Below are positions 7,719 to 21,701 of a stretch of DNA of 22,950 nucleotides, piece after piece. Source of the stretch: Escherichia coli (GTDB lineage: Bacteria > Pseudomonadota > Gammaproteobacteria > Enterobacterales > Enterobacteriaceae); assembly GCF_003334355.1 (NCBI RefSeq), contig NZ_QOWP01000046.1; one strand, given 5' to 3'. The notes below the pieces were generated by a model. That model did not search any database and was not told the DNA's origin. It saw only the letters and a list, made by a program, of their open reading frames with translations. The translations under genes were made by a program, and so were the position numbers. Every line of letters starts with the position of its first letter. Positions within the stretch are counted from its first letter, which is position 1.

Positions 7719-7741
7719 TGTTTTTGGCCGTGGAATGAACA

Positions 7742-8261
7742 ATGGAAGTCAACAAAAAGCAGCTGGCTGACATTTTCGGTGCGAGTATCCGTACCATTCA
7801 GAACTGGCAGGAACAGGGAATGCCCGTTCTGCGAGGCGGTGGCAAGGGTAATGAGGTGCTTTATGACTCTGCCGCCGTTATAAGATGGTATGCCGAAAGG
7901 GATGCTGAAATTGAGAACGAAAAGCTGCGCCGGGAAGTTGAAGAACTGCGGCGGGCCAGCGAGACAGATCTCCAGCCAGGGACTATTGAGTACGAACGCC
8001 ATCGACTTACGCGTGCGCAGGCCGACGCACAGGAGCTGAAAAATGCCAGAAACTCCGCTGAAGTGGTGGAAACCGCATTCTGTACTTTCGTGCTGTCGCG
8101 GATCGCAGGTGAAATTGCCAGTATTCTCGACGGGATCCCCCTGTCGGTGCAGCGGCGTTTTCCGGAACTGGAAAACCGACATGTTGATTTCCTGAAACGG
8201 GATATCATCAAAGCCATGAACAAAGCAGCCGCGCTGGATGAACTGATACCGGGGTTGCTGA

Positions 8262-8287
<26 letters not shown>
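7742..8287 (+). CDS. nu1: Terminase small subunit Nu1
   Basis: 181 aa, MEVNKKQLADIFGASIRTIQNWQEQGMPVLRGGGKGNEV…; colinear with and near-identical to λ Nu1. Confidence 0.95.
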
Positions 8288-11968
<3,681 letters not shown>

Positions 11969-11988
<20 letters not shown>

Positions 11989-13288
11989 TCTCCCGCATAT
12001 TGCCAGCATGGCCTTTAATGAGCCGCTGATGCTTGAACCCGCCTATGCGCGGGTTTTCTTTTGTGCGCTTGCAGGCCAGCTTGGGATCAGCCGCCTGACG
12101 GATGCGGTGTCCGGCGACAGCCTGACTGCCCAGGAGGCACTCGCGACGCTGGCATTATCCGGTGATGATGACGGACCACGACAGGCCCGCAGTTATCAGG
12201 TCATGAACGGCATCGCCGTGCTGCCGGTGTCCGGCACGCTGGTCAGCCGGACGCGGGCGCTGCAGCCGTACTCGGGGATGACCGGTTACAACGGCATTAT
12301 CGCCCGTCTGCAACAGGCTGCCAGCGACCCGATGGTGGACGGCATTCTGCTCGATATGGACACGCCAGGCGGAATGGTGGCGGGGGCATTTGACTGCGCT
12401 GACATCATCGCCCGTGTGCGAGACATAAAACCGGTATGGGCGCTGGCCAACGACATGAACTGCAGTGCAGGTCAGCTGCTTGCCAGTGCCGCCTCCCGGC
12501 GTCTGGTCACGCAGACCGCCCGGACAGGCTCCATCGGCGTCATGATGGCTCACAGTAATTACGGTGCTGCCCTGGAGAAACAGGGTGTGGAAATCACGCT
12601 GATTTACAGCGGCAGCCATAAGGTGGATGGCAATCCCTACAGCCATCTTCCGGATGACGTCCGGGAGACACTGCAGTCCCGGATGGACGCAACCCGCCAG
12701 ATGTTTGCGCAGAAGGTGTCGGCATATACCGGCCTGTCTGTGCAGGCTGTGCTGGATACCGAGGCTGCAGTGTACAGCGGTCAGGAGGCCATTGATGCCG
12801 GACTGGCTGATGAACTTGTTAACAGCACCGATGCGATCACCGTCATGCGTGATGCACTGGATGCACGTAAATCCCGTCTCTCAGGAGGGCGAATGACCAA
12901 AGAGACTCAATCAACAACTGTTTCAGCCACTGCTTCGCAGGCTGACGTTACTGACGTGGTGCCAGCGACGGAGGGCGAAAACGCCAGCGCGGCGCAGCCG
13001 GACGTGAACGCGCAGATCACCGCAGCGGTTGCGGCAGAAAACAGCCGCATTATGGGGATCCTCAACTGTGAGGAGGCTCACGGACGCGAAGAACAGGCCC
13101 GCGTGCTGGCAGAAACCCCCGGTATGACCGTGGAAACGGCCCGCCGCATTCTGGCCGCAGCACCACAGAGTGCACAGGCGCGCAGTGACACTGCGCTGGA
13201 TCGTCTGATGCAGGGGGCACCGGCACCGCTGGCTGCAGGTAACCCGGCATCTGATGCCGTTAACGATTTGCTGAACACACCAGTGTAA
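11969..13288 (+). CDS. C: Head maturation protease / scaffold C
   Basis: GTG start at 11969 giving MTAELRNLPHIASMAFNEPLMLEPAYARVFF…, 439 aa as in λ gpC. The track ORF from 11822 is an upstream open-frame extension overlapping B. Confidence 0.9.
12683..13288 (+). CDS. nu3: Scaffolding protein Nu3 (in-frame internal start within C)
   Basis: ATG at 12683 in the C frame, at the position expected from the λ map (Nu3 shares C's C-terminal third). Confidence 0.6.
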   Translation: MDATRQMFAQKVSAYTGLSVQAVLDTEAAVYSGQEAIDAGLADELVNSTDAITVMRDALDARKSRLSGGRMTKETQSTTVSATASQADVTDVVPATEGENASAAQPDVNAQITAAVAAENSRIMGILNCEEAHGREEQARVLAETPGMTVETARRILAAAPQSAQARSDTALDRLMQGAPAPLAAGNPASDAVNDLLNTPV

Positions 13289-13297
13289 GGGATGTTT

Positions 13298-13630
13298 ATG
13301 ACGAGCAAAGAAACCTTTACCCATTACCAGCCGCTGGGCAACAGTGACCCGGCTCATACCGCAACCGCGCCCGGCGGATTGAGTGCGAAAGCGCCTGCAA
13401 TGACCCCGCTGATGCTGGACACCTCCACCCGTAAGCTGGTTGCGTGGGATGGCACCACCGACGGTGCTGCCGTTGGCATTCTTGCAGTTGCTGCTGACCA
13501 GACCAGCACCACACTGACGTTCTACAAGTCCGGCACGTTCCGTTATGAGGATGTGCTCTGGCCGGAGGCTGCCAGCGACGAGACGAAAAAACGGACCGCG
13601 TTTGCCGGAACGGCAATCAGCATCGTTTAA
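13298..13630 (+). CDS. D: Head decoration protein D
   Basis: 110 aa, [27 protein letters not shown]…; SD AAGGGA ahead of ATG 13298. Confidence 0.9.
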   Translation: MTSKETFTHYQPLGNSDPAHTATAPGGLSAKAPAMTPLMLDTSTRKLVAWDGTTDGAAVGILAVAADQTSTTLTFYKSGTFRYEDVLWPEAASDETKKRTAFAGTAISIV

Positions 13631-13685
13631 CTTTACCCTTCATCACTAAAGGCCGCCTGTGCGGCTTTTTTTACGGGATTTTTTT

Positions 13686-14711
13686 ATGTCGATGTACACA
13701 ACCGCCCAGCTGCTGGCGGCAAATGAGCAGAAATTTAAGTTTGATCCGCTGTTTCTGCGTCTCTTTTTCCGTGAGAGCTATCCCTTCACCACGGAGAAAG
13801 TCTATCTCTCACAAATTCCGGGACTGGTAAACATGGCGCTGTACGTTTCGCCGATTGTTTCCGGTGAGGTTATCCGTTCCCGTGGCGGCTCCACCTCTGA
13901 ATTTACGCCGGGATATGTCAAGCCGAAGCATGAAGTGAATCCGCAGATGACCCTGCGTCGCCTGCCGGATGAAGATCCGCAGAATCTGGCGGACCCGGCT
14001 TACCGCCGCCGTCGCATCATCATGCAGAACATGCGTGACGAAGAGCTGGCCATTGCTCAGGTCGAAGAGATGCAGGCAGTTTCTGCCGTGCTTAAGGGCA
14101 AATACACCATGACCGGTGAAGCCTTCGATCCGGTTGAGGTGGATATGGGCCGCAGTGAGGAGAATAACATCACGCAGTCCGGCGGCACGGAGTGGAGCAA
14201 GCGTGACAAGTCCACGTATGACCCGACCGACGATATCGAAGCCTACGCGCTGAACGCCAGCGGTGTGGTGAATATCATCGTGTTCGATCCGAAAGGCTGG
14301 GCGCTGTTCCGTTCCTTCAAAGCCGTCAGGGAGAAGCTGGATACCCGTCGTGGCTCTCATTCCGAGCTGGAGACAGCGGTGAAAGACCTGGGTAAAGCGG
14401 TGTCCTATAAGGGGATGTATGGCGATGTGGCCATCGTCGTGTATTCCGGACAGTACGTGGAAAACGGCGTCAAAAAGAACTTCCTGCCGGACAACACGAT
14501 GGTGCTGGGTAACACTCATGCACGCGGTCTGCGCACCTATGGCTGTATTCAGGATGCGGATGCATTGAGTGAGGGTATTAATGCGTCTCCCCGTTATCCG
14601 AAAAACTGGAAGACATCCGGCGATCCGGCGCGAGAGTTCACCATGATTCAGTCAGCACCGCTGATGCTGCTGGCTGATCCTGATGAGTTCGTGGCCGTTC
14701 AACTGGCGTAA
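13686..14711 (+). CDS. E: Major capsid protein E
   Basis: 341 aa beginning MSMYTTAQLLAANEQKFKFDPLF…; λ gpE. Confidence 0.95.
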   Translation: MSMYTTAQLLAANEQKFKFDPLFLRLFFRESYPFTTEKVYLSQIPGLVNMALYVSPIVSGEVIRSRGGSTSEFTPGYVKPKHEVNPQMTLRRLPDEDPQNLADPAYRRRRIIMQNMRDEELAIAQVEEMQAVSAVLKGKYTMTGEAFDPVEVDMGRSEENNITQSGGTEWSKRDKSTYDPTDDIEAYALNASGVVNIIVFDPKGWALFRSFKAVREKLDTRRGSHSELETAVKDLGKAVSYKGMYGDVAIVVYSGQYVENGVKKNFLPDNTMVLGNTHARGLRTYGCIQDADALSEGINASPRYPKNWKTSGDPAREFTMIQSAPLMLLADPDEFVAVQLA

Positions 14712-14752
14712 TCATGGCCCTTCGGGGCCATTTTCTCTCTGTGGAGGAGTCC

Positions 14753-15151
14753 ATGACGAAAGATGAACTGATTGCCCGTCTCCGCTCGCTGGGTGAACAA
14801 CTGAACCGTGATGTCAGCCTGACGGGGACGAAAGAAGAACTGGCGCTCCGTGTGGCAGAGCTGGAAGAGGAGCTTGATGACACGGATGAAACTGCCGGTC
14901 AGGACACCCCTCTCAGCCGGGAAAATGTGCTGACCGGACATGAAAATGAGGTGGGATCAGCGCAGCCGGATACCGTGATTCTGGATACGTCTGAACTGGT
15001 CACGGTCGTGGCACTGGTGAAGCTGCATACTGATGCACTTCACGCCACGCGGGATGAACCTGTGGCATTTGTGCTGCCGGGAACGGCGTTTCGTGTCTCT
15101 GCCGGTGTGTCAGCTGAAATAACAGAGCGCGGCCTGGCCAGAATGCAATAA
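14753..15151 (+). CDS. FI: Head completion / DNA-packaging protein FI
   Basis: 132 aa beginning MTKDELIARLRSLGEQLNRDVSLTGTKEELALRVAELEEELDD…. Confidence 0.9.
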   Translation: MTKDELIARLRSLGEQLNRDVSLTGTKEELALRVAELEEELDDTDETAGQDTPLSRENVLTGHENEVGSAQPDTVILDTSELVTVVALVKLHTDALHATRDEPVAFVLPGTAFRVSAGVSAEITERGLARMQ

Positions 15152-15162
15152 CGGGAGGCGCT

Positions 15163-15516
15163 GTGGCTGATTTCGATAACCTGTTCGATGCTGCCATTGC
15201 CCGCGCCGATGAAACGATACGCGGGTACATGGGAACGTCAGCCACCATGACATCCGGTGAGCAGTCCGGTGCTGTGATACGTGGTGTTTTTGATGACCCT
15301 GAAAATATCAGCTATGCCGGACAGGGCGTGCGCGTTGAAGGCTCCAGCCCGTCCCTGTTTGTCCGGACTGATGAGGTGCGGCAGCTGCGGCGTGGAGACA
15401 CGCTGACCATCGGTGAGGAAAATTTCTGGGTAGATCGGGTTTCGCCGGATGATGGCGGAAGTTGTCATCTCTGGCTTGGACGGGGCGTACCGCCTGCCGT
15501 TAACCGTCGCCGCTGA
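15163..15516 (+). CDS. FII: Head-tail connector protein FII
   Basis: 117 aa, same length and position as λ gpFII. Confidence 0.9.
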   Translation: MADFDNLFDAAIARADETIRGYMGTSATMTSGEQSGAVIRGVFDDPENISYAGQGVRVEGSSPSLFVRTDEVRQLRRGDTLTIGEENFWVDRVSPDDGGSCHLWLGRGVPPAVNRRR

Positions 15517-15527
15517 AAGGGGGATGT

Positions 15528-16106
15528 ATGGCCATAAAAGGTCTTGAGCAGGCCGTTGAAAACCTCAGCCGTATCAGCAAAACGGCGGTGCCCGGTGCCG
15601 CCGCAATGGCCATTAACCGCGTTGCTTCATCCGCGATATCGCAGTCTGCGTCACAGGTTGCCCGTGAGACAAAGGTACGCCGGAAACTGGTAAAGGAAAG
15701 GGCCAGGCTGAAAAGGGCCACGGTCAAAAATCCGCAGGCCAGAATCAGGGTTAACCGGGGGGATTTGCCCGTAATCAAGCTGGGTAACGCGCGGGTTGTC
15801 CTTTCCCGCCGCAGACGTCGTAAAAAGGGGCAGCGTTCATCCCTGAAAGGTGGCGGCAGCGTGCTTGTGGTGGGAAACCGTCGTATTCCCGGCGCGTTTA
15901 TTCAGCAACTGAAAAATGGCCGGTGGCATGTCATGCAGCGTGTGGCCGGGAAAAACCGTTACCCCATTGATGTGGTGAAAATCCCGATGGCGGTGCCGCT
16001 TACCACGGCGTTTAAACAGAATATTGAACGGATACGGCGTGAACGTCTTCCGAAAGAGCTGGGCTATGCGCTGCAGCATCAACTGAGAATGGTAATAAAG
16101 CGATGA
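15528..16106 (+). CDS. Z: Tail completion protein Z
   Basis: 192 aa, colinear with λ gpZ. Confidence 0.9.
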   Translation: MAIKGLEQAVENLSRISKTAVPGAAAMAINRVASSAISQSASQVARETKVRRKLVKERARLKRATVKNPQARIRVNRGDLPVIKLGNARVVLSRRRRRKKGQRSSLKGGGSVLVVGNRRIPGAFIQQLKNGRWHVMQRVAGKNRYPIDVVKIPMAVPLTTAFKQNIERIRRERLPKELGYALQHQLRMVIKR

Positions 16107-16498
16107 AACATACTGAACTCCGTGCAGCCGTACTGGATGCACTGGAGAAGCATGACACCGGGGCGACGCTTTTTGATGGTCGCCCCGCTGTTTTTGATGA
16201 GGCGGATTTTCCGGCAATTGCCGTTTATCTCACCGGCGCTGAATACACGGGCGAAGAGCTGGACAGTGATACCTGGCAGGCGGAGCTGCATATTGAAGTT
16301 TTCCTGCCTGCTCAGGTGCCGGATTCAGAGCTGGATTCGTGGATGGAGTCCCGGATTTATCCGGTGATGAGCGATGTCCCGGCACTGTCAGATTTGATCA
16401 CCAGTATGGTGGCCAGTGGCTATGACTACCGGCGCGACGATGATGCGGGCCTGTGGAGTTCAGCCGATCTGACTTATGTCATTACCTATGAAATGTGA
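16103..16498 (+). CDS. U: Tail terminator protein U
   Basis: 131 aa; start overlaps Z's stop (ATGA), as in λ. Confidence 0.9.
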   Translation: MKHTELRAAVLDALEKHDTGATLFDGRPAVFDEADFPAIAVYLTGAEYTGEELDSDTWQAELHIEVFLPAQVPDSELDSWMESRIYPVMSDVPALSDLITSMVASGYDYRRDDDAGLWSSADLTYVITYEM

Positions 16499-16505
16499 GG
16501 ACGAT

Positions 16506-17246
16506 ATGCCTGTACCAAATCCAGTAATGCCGGTGAAAGGGGCCGGGACCACACTGTGGGTTTATAAGGGGAACGGTGACCCTTATGCGAACCCGCTTTC
16601 AGACGTTGACTGGTCGCGTCTGGCTAAAGTTAAAGACCTGACGCCCGGCGAACTGACCGCTGAGTCCTATGACGACAGCTATCTCGATGATGAAGATGCG
16701 GACTGGACTGCGACCGGGCAGGGGCAGAAATCTGCCGGAGATACCAGCTTCACGCTGGCGTGGATGCCCGGAGAGCAGGGGCAGCAGGCGCTGCTGGCGT
16801 GGTTTAATGAAGGGGATACCCGTGCCTATAAAATCCGCTTCCCGAACAGCACGGTCGATGTGTTCCGCGGCTGGGTCAGCAGTATCGGTAAGGCGGTGAC
16901 GGCGAAGGAAGTGATTACCCGCACGGTGAAGGTCACCAATGTGGGACGTCCGTCGATGGCAGAAGATCGCAGCACGGTGACGGCGACAACCGGCATGACT
17001 GTGACGCCTGCCAGCACCTCGGTGGTGAAAGGGCAGAGCACCACGCTGACCGTGGCATTCCAGCCGGAAGGCGCAACCGACAAGAGCTTCTGTGCGGTGT
17101 CTGCGGATAAAACAAAAGCCACCGTGTCGGTCAGTGGTATGACCATCACCGTGAAAGGTGTTGCTGCAGGCAAGGTCAACATTCCGGTCGTATCCGGTAA
17201 TGGTGAACTTGCTGCGGTTGCAGAAATCACCGTCACCGCCAGTTAA
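16506..17246 (+). CDS. V: Major tail tube protein V
   Basis: 246 aa from [22 protein letters not shown]…, with the C-terminal Ig-like region present. Confidence 0.9.
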   Translation: MPVPNPVMPVKGAGTTLWVYKGNGDPYANPLSDVDWSRLAKVKDLTPGELTAESYDDSYLDDEDADWTATGQGQKSAGDTSFTLAWMPGEQGQQALLAWFNEGDTRAYKIRFPNSTVDVFRGWVSSIGKAVTAKEVITRTVKVTNVGRPSMAEDRSTVTATTGMTVTPASTSVVKGQSTTLTVAFQPEGATDKSFCAVSADKTKATVSVSGMTITVKGVAAGKVNIPVVSGNGELAAVAEITVTAS

Positions 17247-17261
17247 TCCGGGGAGTCAGAG

Positions 17262-17684
17262 ATGTTCCTGAAAACCGAATCATTTGAACATAACGGTGTG
17301 ACCGTCACGCTTTCTGAACTGTCAGCCCTGCAGCGTATTGAGCATCTTGCCTGGTTGAAAGAGCAGGAAAAAAAGGCTGAATCCAGTGGCAACCTGCAGG
17401 TGTCTGTAGAGGAGCTTATCAGAGGCGGGGCGTTTCTGGTGGCGATGTCTCTGTGGCATAACCATCCACAGAAGACAAAGCTGCCGTCCATGAATGAAGT
17501 CATTACGCAGATTGAGCAGGAAGTGCTTACCACCTGGCCCACGGAGGCAATTGCTCAGGCTGAAAACGTGGTGTTACGTCTGTCCGGAATGTCTGAGTTT
17601 GTGGTGAATAATGCCCCTGAACAGACAGAGGACGCCGGGCCTGCAGAGCCTGTTTCTGCGGGAAAGTTTTCGACGGTGAGCTGA
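17262..17684 (+). CDS. G: Tail assembly chaperone G
   Basis: 140 aa; the slippery heptamer G GGA AAG lies at 17660-17666 near the 3' end. Confidence 0.9.
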   Translation: MFLKTESFEHNGVTVTLSELSALQRIEHLAWLKEQEKKAESSGNLQVSVEELIRGGAFLVAMSLWHNHPQKTKLPSMNEVITQIEQEVLTTWPTEAIAQAENVVLRLSGMSEFVVNNAPEQTEDAGPAEPVSAGKFSTVS

Positions 17685-18100
17685 GTTTTGCCCTGAAACT
17701 GGCGCGTGAGATGGGGCGACCCGACTGGCGTGCCATGCTTGCCGGGATGTCATCCACGGAGTATGCCGACTGGCACCGCTTTTACAGTACCCATTATTTT
17801 CATGATGTTCTGCTGGATATGCACTTTTCCGGGCTGACGTACACCGTGCTCAGCCTGTTTTTCAGCGATCCGGATATGCATCCGCTGGATTTCAGTTTGC
17901 TGAACCGGCGTGAGGCTGACGAAGAGCCTGAAGATGATGTGCTGATGCAGAAAGCGGCAGGGCTTGCCGGAGGTGTCCGCTTTGGCCCGGACGGGAATGA
18001 AGTTATCCCTACTTCCCCGGATGTGGCGGACATGACGGAGGATGACGTAATGCTGATGACAGTATCAGAAGGGATCGCAGGAGGAGTCCGGTATGGCTGA
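17666..18100 (+). CDS. T: T-frame portion of the G-T fusion chaperone, made by -1 programmed frameshift from G
   Basis: Open frame in the -1 register relative to G, starting at the slippery site and ending just after the H start; same architecture as λ G/GT. Confidence 0.8.
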   Translation, partial: VFDGELSFALKLAREMGRPDWRAMLAGMSSTEYADWHRFYSTHYFHDVLLDMHFSGLTYTVLSLFFSDPDMHPLDFSLLNRREADEEPEDDVLMQKAAGLAGGVRFGPDGNEVIPTSPDVADMTEDDVMLMTVSEGIAGGVRYG

Positions 18101-20672
18101 ACCGGTAGGCGATCTGGTCGTTGATTTGAGTCTGGATGCGGCCAGATTTGACGAGCAGATGGCCAGAGTCAGGCGTCATTTTTCCGGTACGGAAACTGAT
18201 GCGAAAAAAACAGCGGCAGTCGTTGAACAGTCGCTGAGCCGGCAGGCGCTGGCTGCACAGAAAGCGGGGATTTCCGTCGGACAGTATAAAGCCGCCATGC
18301 GTATGCTTCCTGCACAGTTCACCGACGTGGCCACGCAGCTTGCAGGCGGGCAAAGTCCGTGGCTGATCCTGCTGCAACAGGGGGGGCAGGTTAAGGACTC
18401 CTTCGGCGGGATGATCCCCATGTTCAGGGGGCTTGCCGGTGCGATCACCCTGCCGATGGTGGGGGCCACCTCGCTGGCGGTGGCGACCGGTGCGCTGGCG
18501 TATGCCTGGTATCAGGGCAACTCAACCCTGTCCGATTTCAACAAAACGCTGGTCCTTTCCGGCAATCAGGCGGGACTGACGGCAGATCGTATGCTGGTCC
18601 TGTCCAGAGCCGGGCAGGCGGCAGGGCTGACGTTTAACCAGACCAGCGAGTCACTGACGGCGCTGGTGAATGCCGGTGTGCGTGGTGGTGAGCAGTTTGA
18701 GGCGATCAGCCAGAGTGTGGCGCGTTTCTCCTCTGCATCCGGCGTGGAGGTGGACAAGGTCGCTGAAGCCTTCGGGAAGCTGACCACAGACCCGACGTCG
18801 GGACTGACAGCGATGGCACGTCAGTTCCATAACGTGACGGCGGAGCAGATTGCGTATGTTGCTCAGTTGCAGCGTTCCGGAGATGAAGCCGGGGCATTGC
18901 AGGCGGCGAACGAGGCCGCAACGAAAGGGTTTGATGACCAGACCCGCCGCCTGAAAGAGAACATGGGCACGCTGGAGACCTGGGCAGACAGGACAGCACG
19001 GGCATTCAAATCCATGTGGGATTCGGTGCTGGATATTGGTCGCCCGGACACTGCCCAGGGAATGCTGGAGAAAGCAGAAAAGGCTTTTGATGAGGCGGAC
19101 AAAAAATGGCAGTGGTATCAGAGCCGGAGCCACCGGCGCGGTAAAACCTCAGCATTTCTTGCCAATCTCCGGGGAGCATGGGAGGACAGAGCGAATGCGC
19201 AACTTGGGCTTTCAGCCGCCACGTTGCAGGCCGATCTTGAAAAGGCCAGAGAGATGGCAGCAAAGGACTGGGTCGAGTCTGAGGCATCACGGCTGAAATA
19301 TACCGAAGAGGCGCAGAAGGCTTACGAACGCCTGCAGACGCCGCTGGAGAAATATACCGCCCGTCAGGAAGAACTGAATAAGGCACTGAAAGACGGGAAA
19401 ATCCTGCAGGCAGATTACAACACGCTGATGGCGGCAGCGAAAAAGGATTATGAAGCGACGCTGAAAAAGCCGAAGCAGTCCGGCGTGAAAGTGTCTGCAG
19501 GCGATCGCCAGGAAGACAGTGCTCATGCTGCCCTGCTGACGCTTCAGGCAGAACTCCGGACGCTGGAGAAGCATGCCGGAGCGAATGAGAAAATCAGCCA
19601 GCAGCGCCGGGATTTGTGGAAGGCGGAGAGTCAGTTCGCTGTACTGGAGGAGGCGGCACAACGTCGCCAGCTGTCCGCACAGGAGAAATCCCTGCTGGCG
19701 CATAAAGATGAGACGCTGGAGTACAAACGCCAGCTGGCTGCACTTGGCGACAAGGTTACGTATCAGGAGCGCCTGAACGCGCTGGCGCAGCAGGCGGATA
19801 AATTCGCACAGCAGCAACGGGCAAAACGGGCCGCCATTGATGCGAAAAACCGGGGGCTGACTGACCGGCAGGCAGCGCGGGAAGCCACAGAACAGCGTCT
19901 GAAGGAACAGTATGGCGATAATCCGCTGGCGCTGAATAACGTCATGTCAGAGCAGAAAAAGACCTGGACGGCTGAAGACCAGCTTCGCGGGAGCTGGATG
20001 GCAGGCCTGAAGTCCGGCTGGAGTGAGTGGGAAGAGAGCGCCACGGACAGTATGTCGCAGGTTAAAAGTGCAGCCACGCAGACCTTTGATGGTATTGCGC
20101 AGAATATGGCGGCGATGCTGACCGGCAGTGAGCAGAACTGGCGCAGCTTCACCCGTTCCGTGCTGTCCATGATGACAGAAATTCTGCTTAAGCAGGCAAT
20201 GGTGGGGATTGTCGGGAGTATCGGCAGCGCCATTGGCGGGGCTGTTGGTGGCGGCGCATCCGCATCAGGCGGTACAGCCATTCAGGCAGCTGCGGCGAAA
20301 TTCCATTTTGCGACCGGAGGATTTACGGGAACCGGCGGCAAATATGAGCCAGCGGGGATTGTTCACCGTGGTGAGTTTGTCTTCACGAAGGAGGCAACCA
20401 GCCGGATTGGCGTGGGGAATCTTTACCGGCTGATGCGCGGCTATGCCACCGGCGGTTATGTCGGTACACCGGGCAGCATGGCAGACAACCGGTCGCAGGC
20501 GTCCGGGACGTTTGAGCAGAATAACCATGTGGTGATTAACAACGACGGCACGAACGGGCAGATAGGTCCGGCTGCTCTGAAGGCGGTGTATGACATGGCC
20601 CGCAAGGGTGCCCGTGATGAAATTCAGACACAGATGCGTGATGGTGGCCTGTTCTCCGGAGGTGGACGATGA
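18093..20672 (+). CDS. H: Tail tape-measure protein H
   Basis: 859 aa beginning MAEPVGDLVVDLSLDAARFDEQMARVRRHF…, with the Gly-rich C-terminal region; 6 codons longer than the 853 aa I recall for λ gpH. Confidence 0.9.
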   Translation: MAEPVGDLVVDLSLDAARFDEQMARVRRHFSGTETDAKKTAAVVEQSLSRQALAAQKAGISVGQYKAAMRMLPAQFTDVATQLAGGQSPWLILLQQGGQVKDSFGGMIPMFRGLAGAITLPMVGATSLAVATGALAYAWYQGNSTLSDFNKTLVLSGNQAGLTADRMLVLSRAGQAAGLTFNQTSESLTALVNAGVRGGEQFEAISQSVARFSSASGVEVDKVAEAFGKLTTDPTSGLTAMARQFHNVTAEQIAYVAQLQRSGDEAGALQAANEAATKGFDDQTRRLKENMGTLETWADRTARAFKSMWDSVLDIGRPDTAQGMLEKAEKAFDEADKKWQWYQSRSHRRGKTSAFLANLRGAWEDRANAQLGLSAATLQADLEKAREMAAKDWVESEASRLKYTEEAQKAYERLQTPLEKYTARQEELNKALKDGKILQADYNTLMAAAKKDYEATLKKPKQSGVKVSAGDRQEDSAHAALLTLQAELRTLEKHAGANEKISQQRRDLWKAESQFAVLEEAAQRRQLSAQEKSLLAHKDETLEYKRQLAALGDKVTYQERLNALAQQADKFAQQQRAKRAAIDAKNRGLTDRQAAREATEQRLKEQYGDNPLALNNVMSEQKKTWTAEDQLRGSWMAGLKSGWSEWEESATDSMSQVKSAATQTFDGIAQNMAAMLTGSEQNWRSFTRSVLSMMTEILLKQAMVGIVGSIGSAIGGAVGGGASASGGTAIQAAAAKFHFATGGFTGTGGKYEPAGIVHRGEFVFTKEATSRIGVGNLYRLMRGYATGGYVGTPGSMADNRSQASGTFEQNNHVVINNDGTNGQIGPAALKAVYDMARKGARDEIQTQMRDGGLFSGGGR

Positions 20673-20998
20673 AGACCTTCCGCTGGAAAGTGAAACCCGG
20701 TATGGATGTGGCTTCGGTCCCTTCTGTAAGAAAGGTGCGCTTTGGTGATGGCTATTCTCAGCGAGCGCCTGCCGGGCTGAATGCCAACCTGAAAACGTAC
20801 AGCGTGACGCTTTCTGTCCCCCGTGAGGAGGCCACGGTACTGGAGTCGTTTCTGGAAGAGCACGGGGGCTGGAAATCCTTTCTGTGGACGCCGCCTTATG
20901 AGTGGCGGCAGATAAAGGTGACCTGCGCAAAATGGTCGTCGCGGGTCAGTATGTTGCGTGTTGAGTTCAGCGCAGAGTTTGAACAGGTGGTGAACTGA
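20669..20998 (+). CDS. M: Tail tip assembly protein M
   Basis: 109 aa; start overlaps H's stop. Confidence 0.9.
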   Translation: MKTFRWKVKPGMDVASVPSVRKVRFGDGYSQRAPAGLNANLKTYSVTLSVPREEATVLESFLEEHGGWKSFLWTPPYEWRQIKVTCAKWSSRVSMLRVEFSAEFEQVVN

Positions 20999-21696
20999 TG
21001 CAGGATATCCGGCAGGAAACACTGAATGAATGCACCCGTGCGGAGCAGTCGGCCAGCGTGGTGCTCTGGGAAATCGACCTGACAGAGGTCGGTGGAGAAC
21101 GTTATTTTTTCTGTAATGAGCAGAACGAAAAAGGTGAGCCGGTCACCTGGCAGGGGCGACAGTATCAGCCGTATCCCATTCAGGGGAGCGGTTTTGAACT
21201 GAATGGCAAAGGCACCAGTACGCGCCCCACGCTGACGGTTTCTAACCTGTACGGTATGGTCACCGGGATGGCGGAAGATATGCAGAGTCTGGTCGGCGGA
21301 ACGGTGGTCCGGCGTAAGGTTTACGCCCATTTTCTGGATGCGGTGAACTTCGTCAACGGAAACAGTTACGCCGATCCGGAGCAGGAGGTGATCAGCCGCT
21401 GGCGCATTGAGCAGTGCAGCGAACTGAGCGCGGTGAGTGCCTCCTTTGTACTGTCCACGCCGACGGAAACGGATGGCGCTGTTTTTCCGGGACGTATCAT
21501 GCTGGCCAACACCTGCACCTGGACCTATCGCGGTGACGAGTGCGGTTATAGCGGTCCGGCTGTCGCGGATGAATATGACCAGCCAACGTCCGATATCACG
21601 AAGGATAAATGCAGCAAATGCCTGAGCGGTTGTAAGTTCCGCAATAACGTCGGCAACTTTGGCGGCTTCCTTTCCATTAACAAACTTTCGCAGTAA
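20998..21696 (+). CDS. L: Tail tip protein L
   Basis: 232 aa, with the C-terminal Cys cluster (CSKCLSGC); start overlaps M's stop. Confidence 0.9.
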   Translation: MQDIRQETLNECTRAEQSASVVLWEIDLTEVGGERYFFCNEQNEKGEPVTWQGRQYQPYPIQGSGFELNGKGTSTRPTLTVSNLYGMVTGMAEDMQSLVGGTVVRRKVYAHFLDAVNFVNGNSYADPEQEVISRWRIEQCSELSAVSASFVLSTPTETDGAVFPGRIMLANTCTWTYRGDECGYSGPAVADEYDQPTSDITKDKCSKCLSGCKFRNNVGNFGGFLSINKLSQ

Positions 21697-21701
21697 ATCC
21701 C

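Noticed and set aside
7655-8223. Minus-strand and alternative plus-frame ORFs over cosB and nu1 (7655-8182, 7677-7883, 7861-8223)
   Set aside because: They overlap the well-supported nu1 gene and the cos site; these are shadow ORFs in a GC-rich region.
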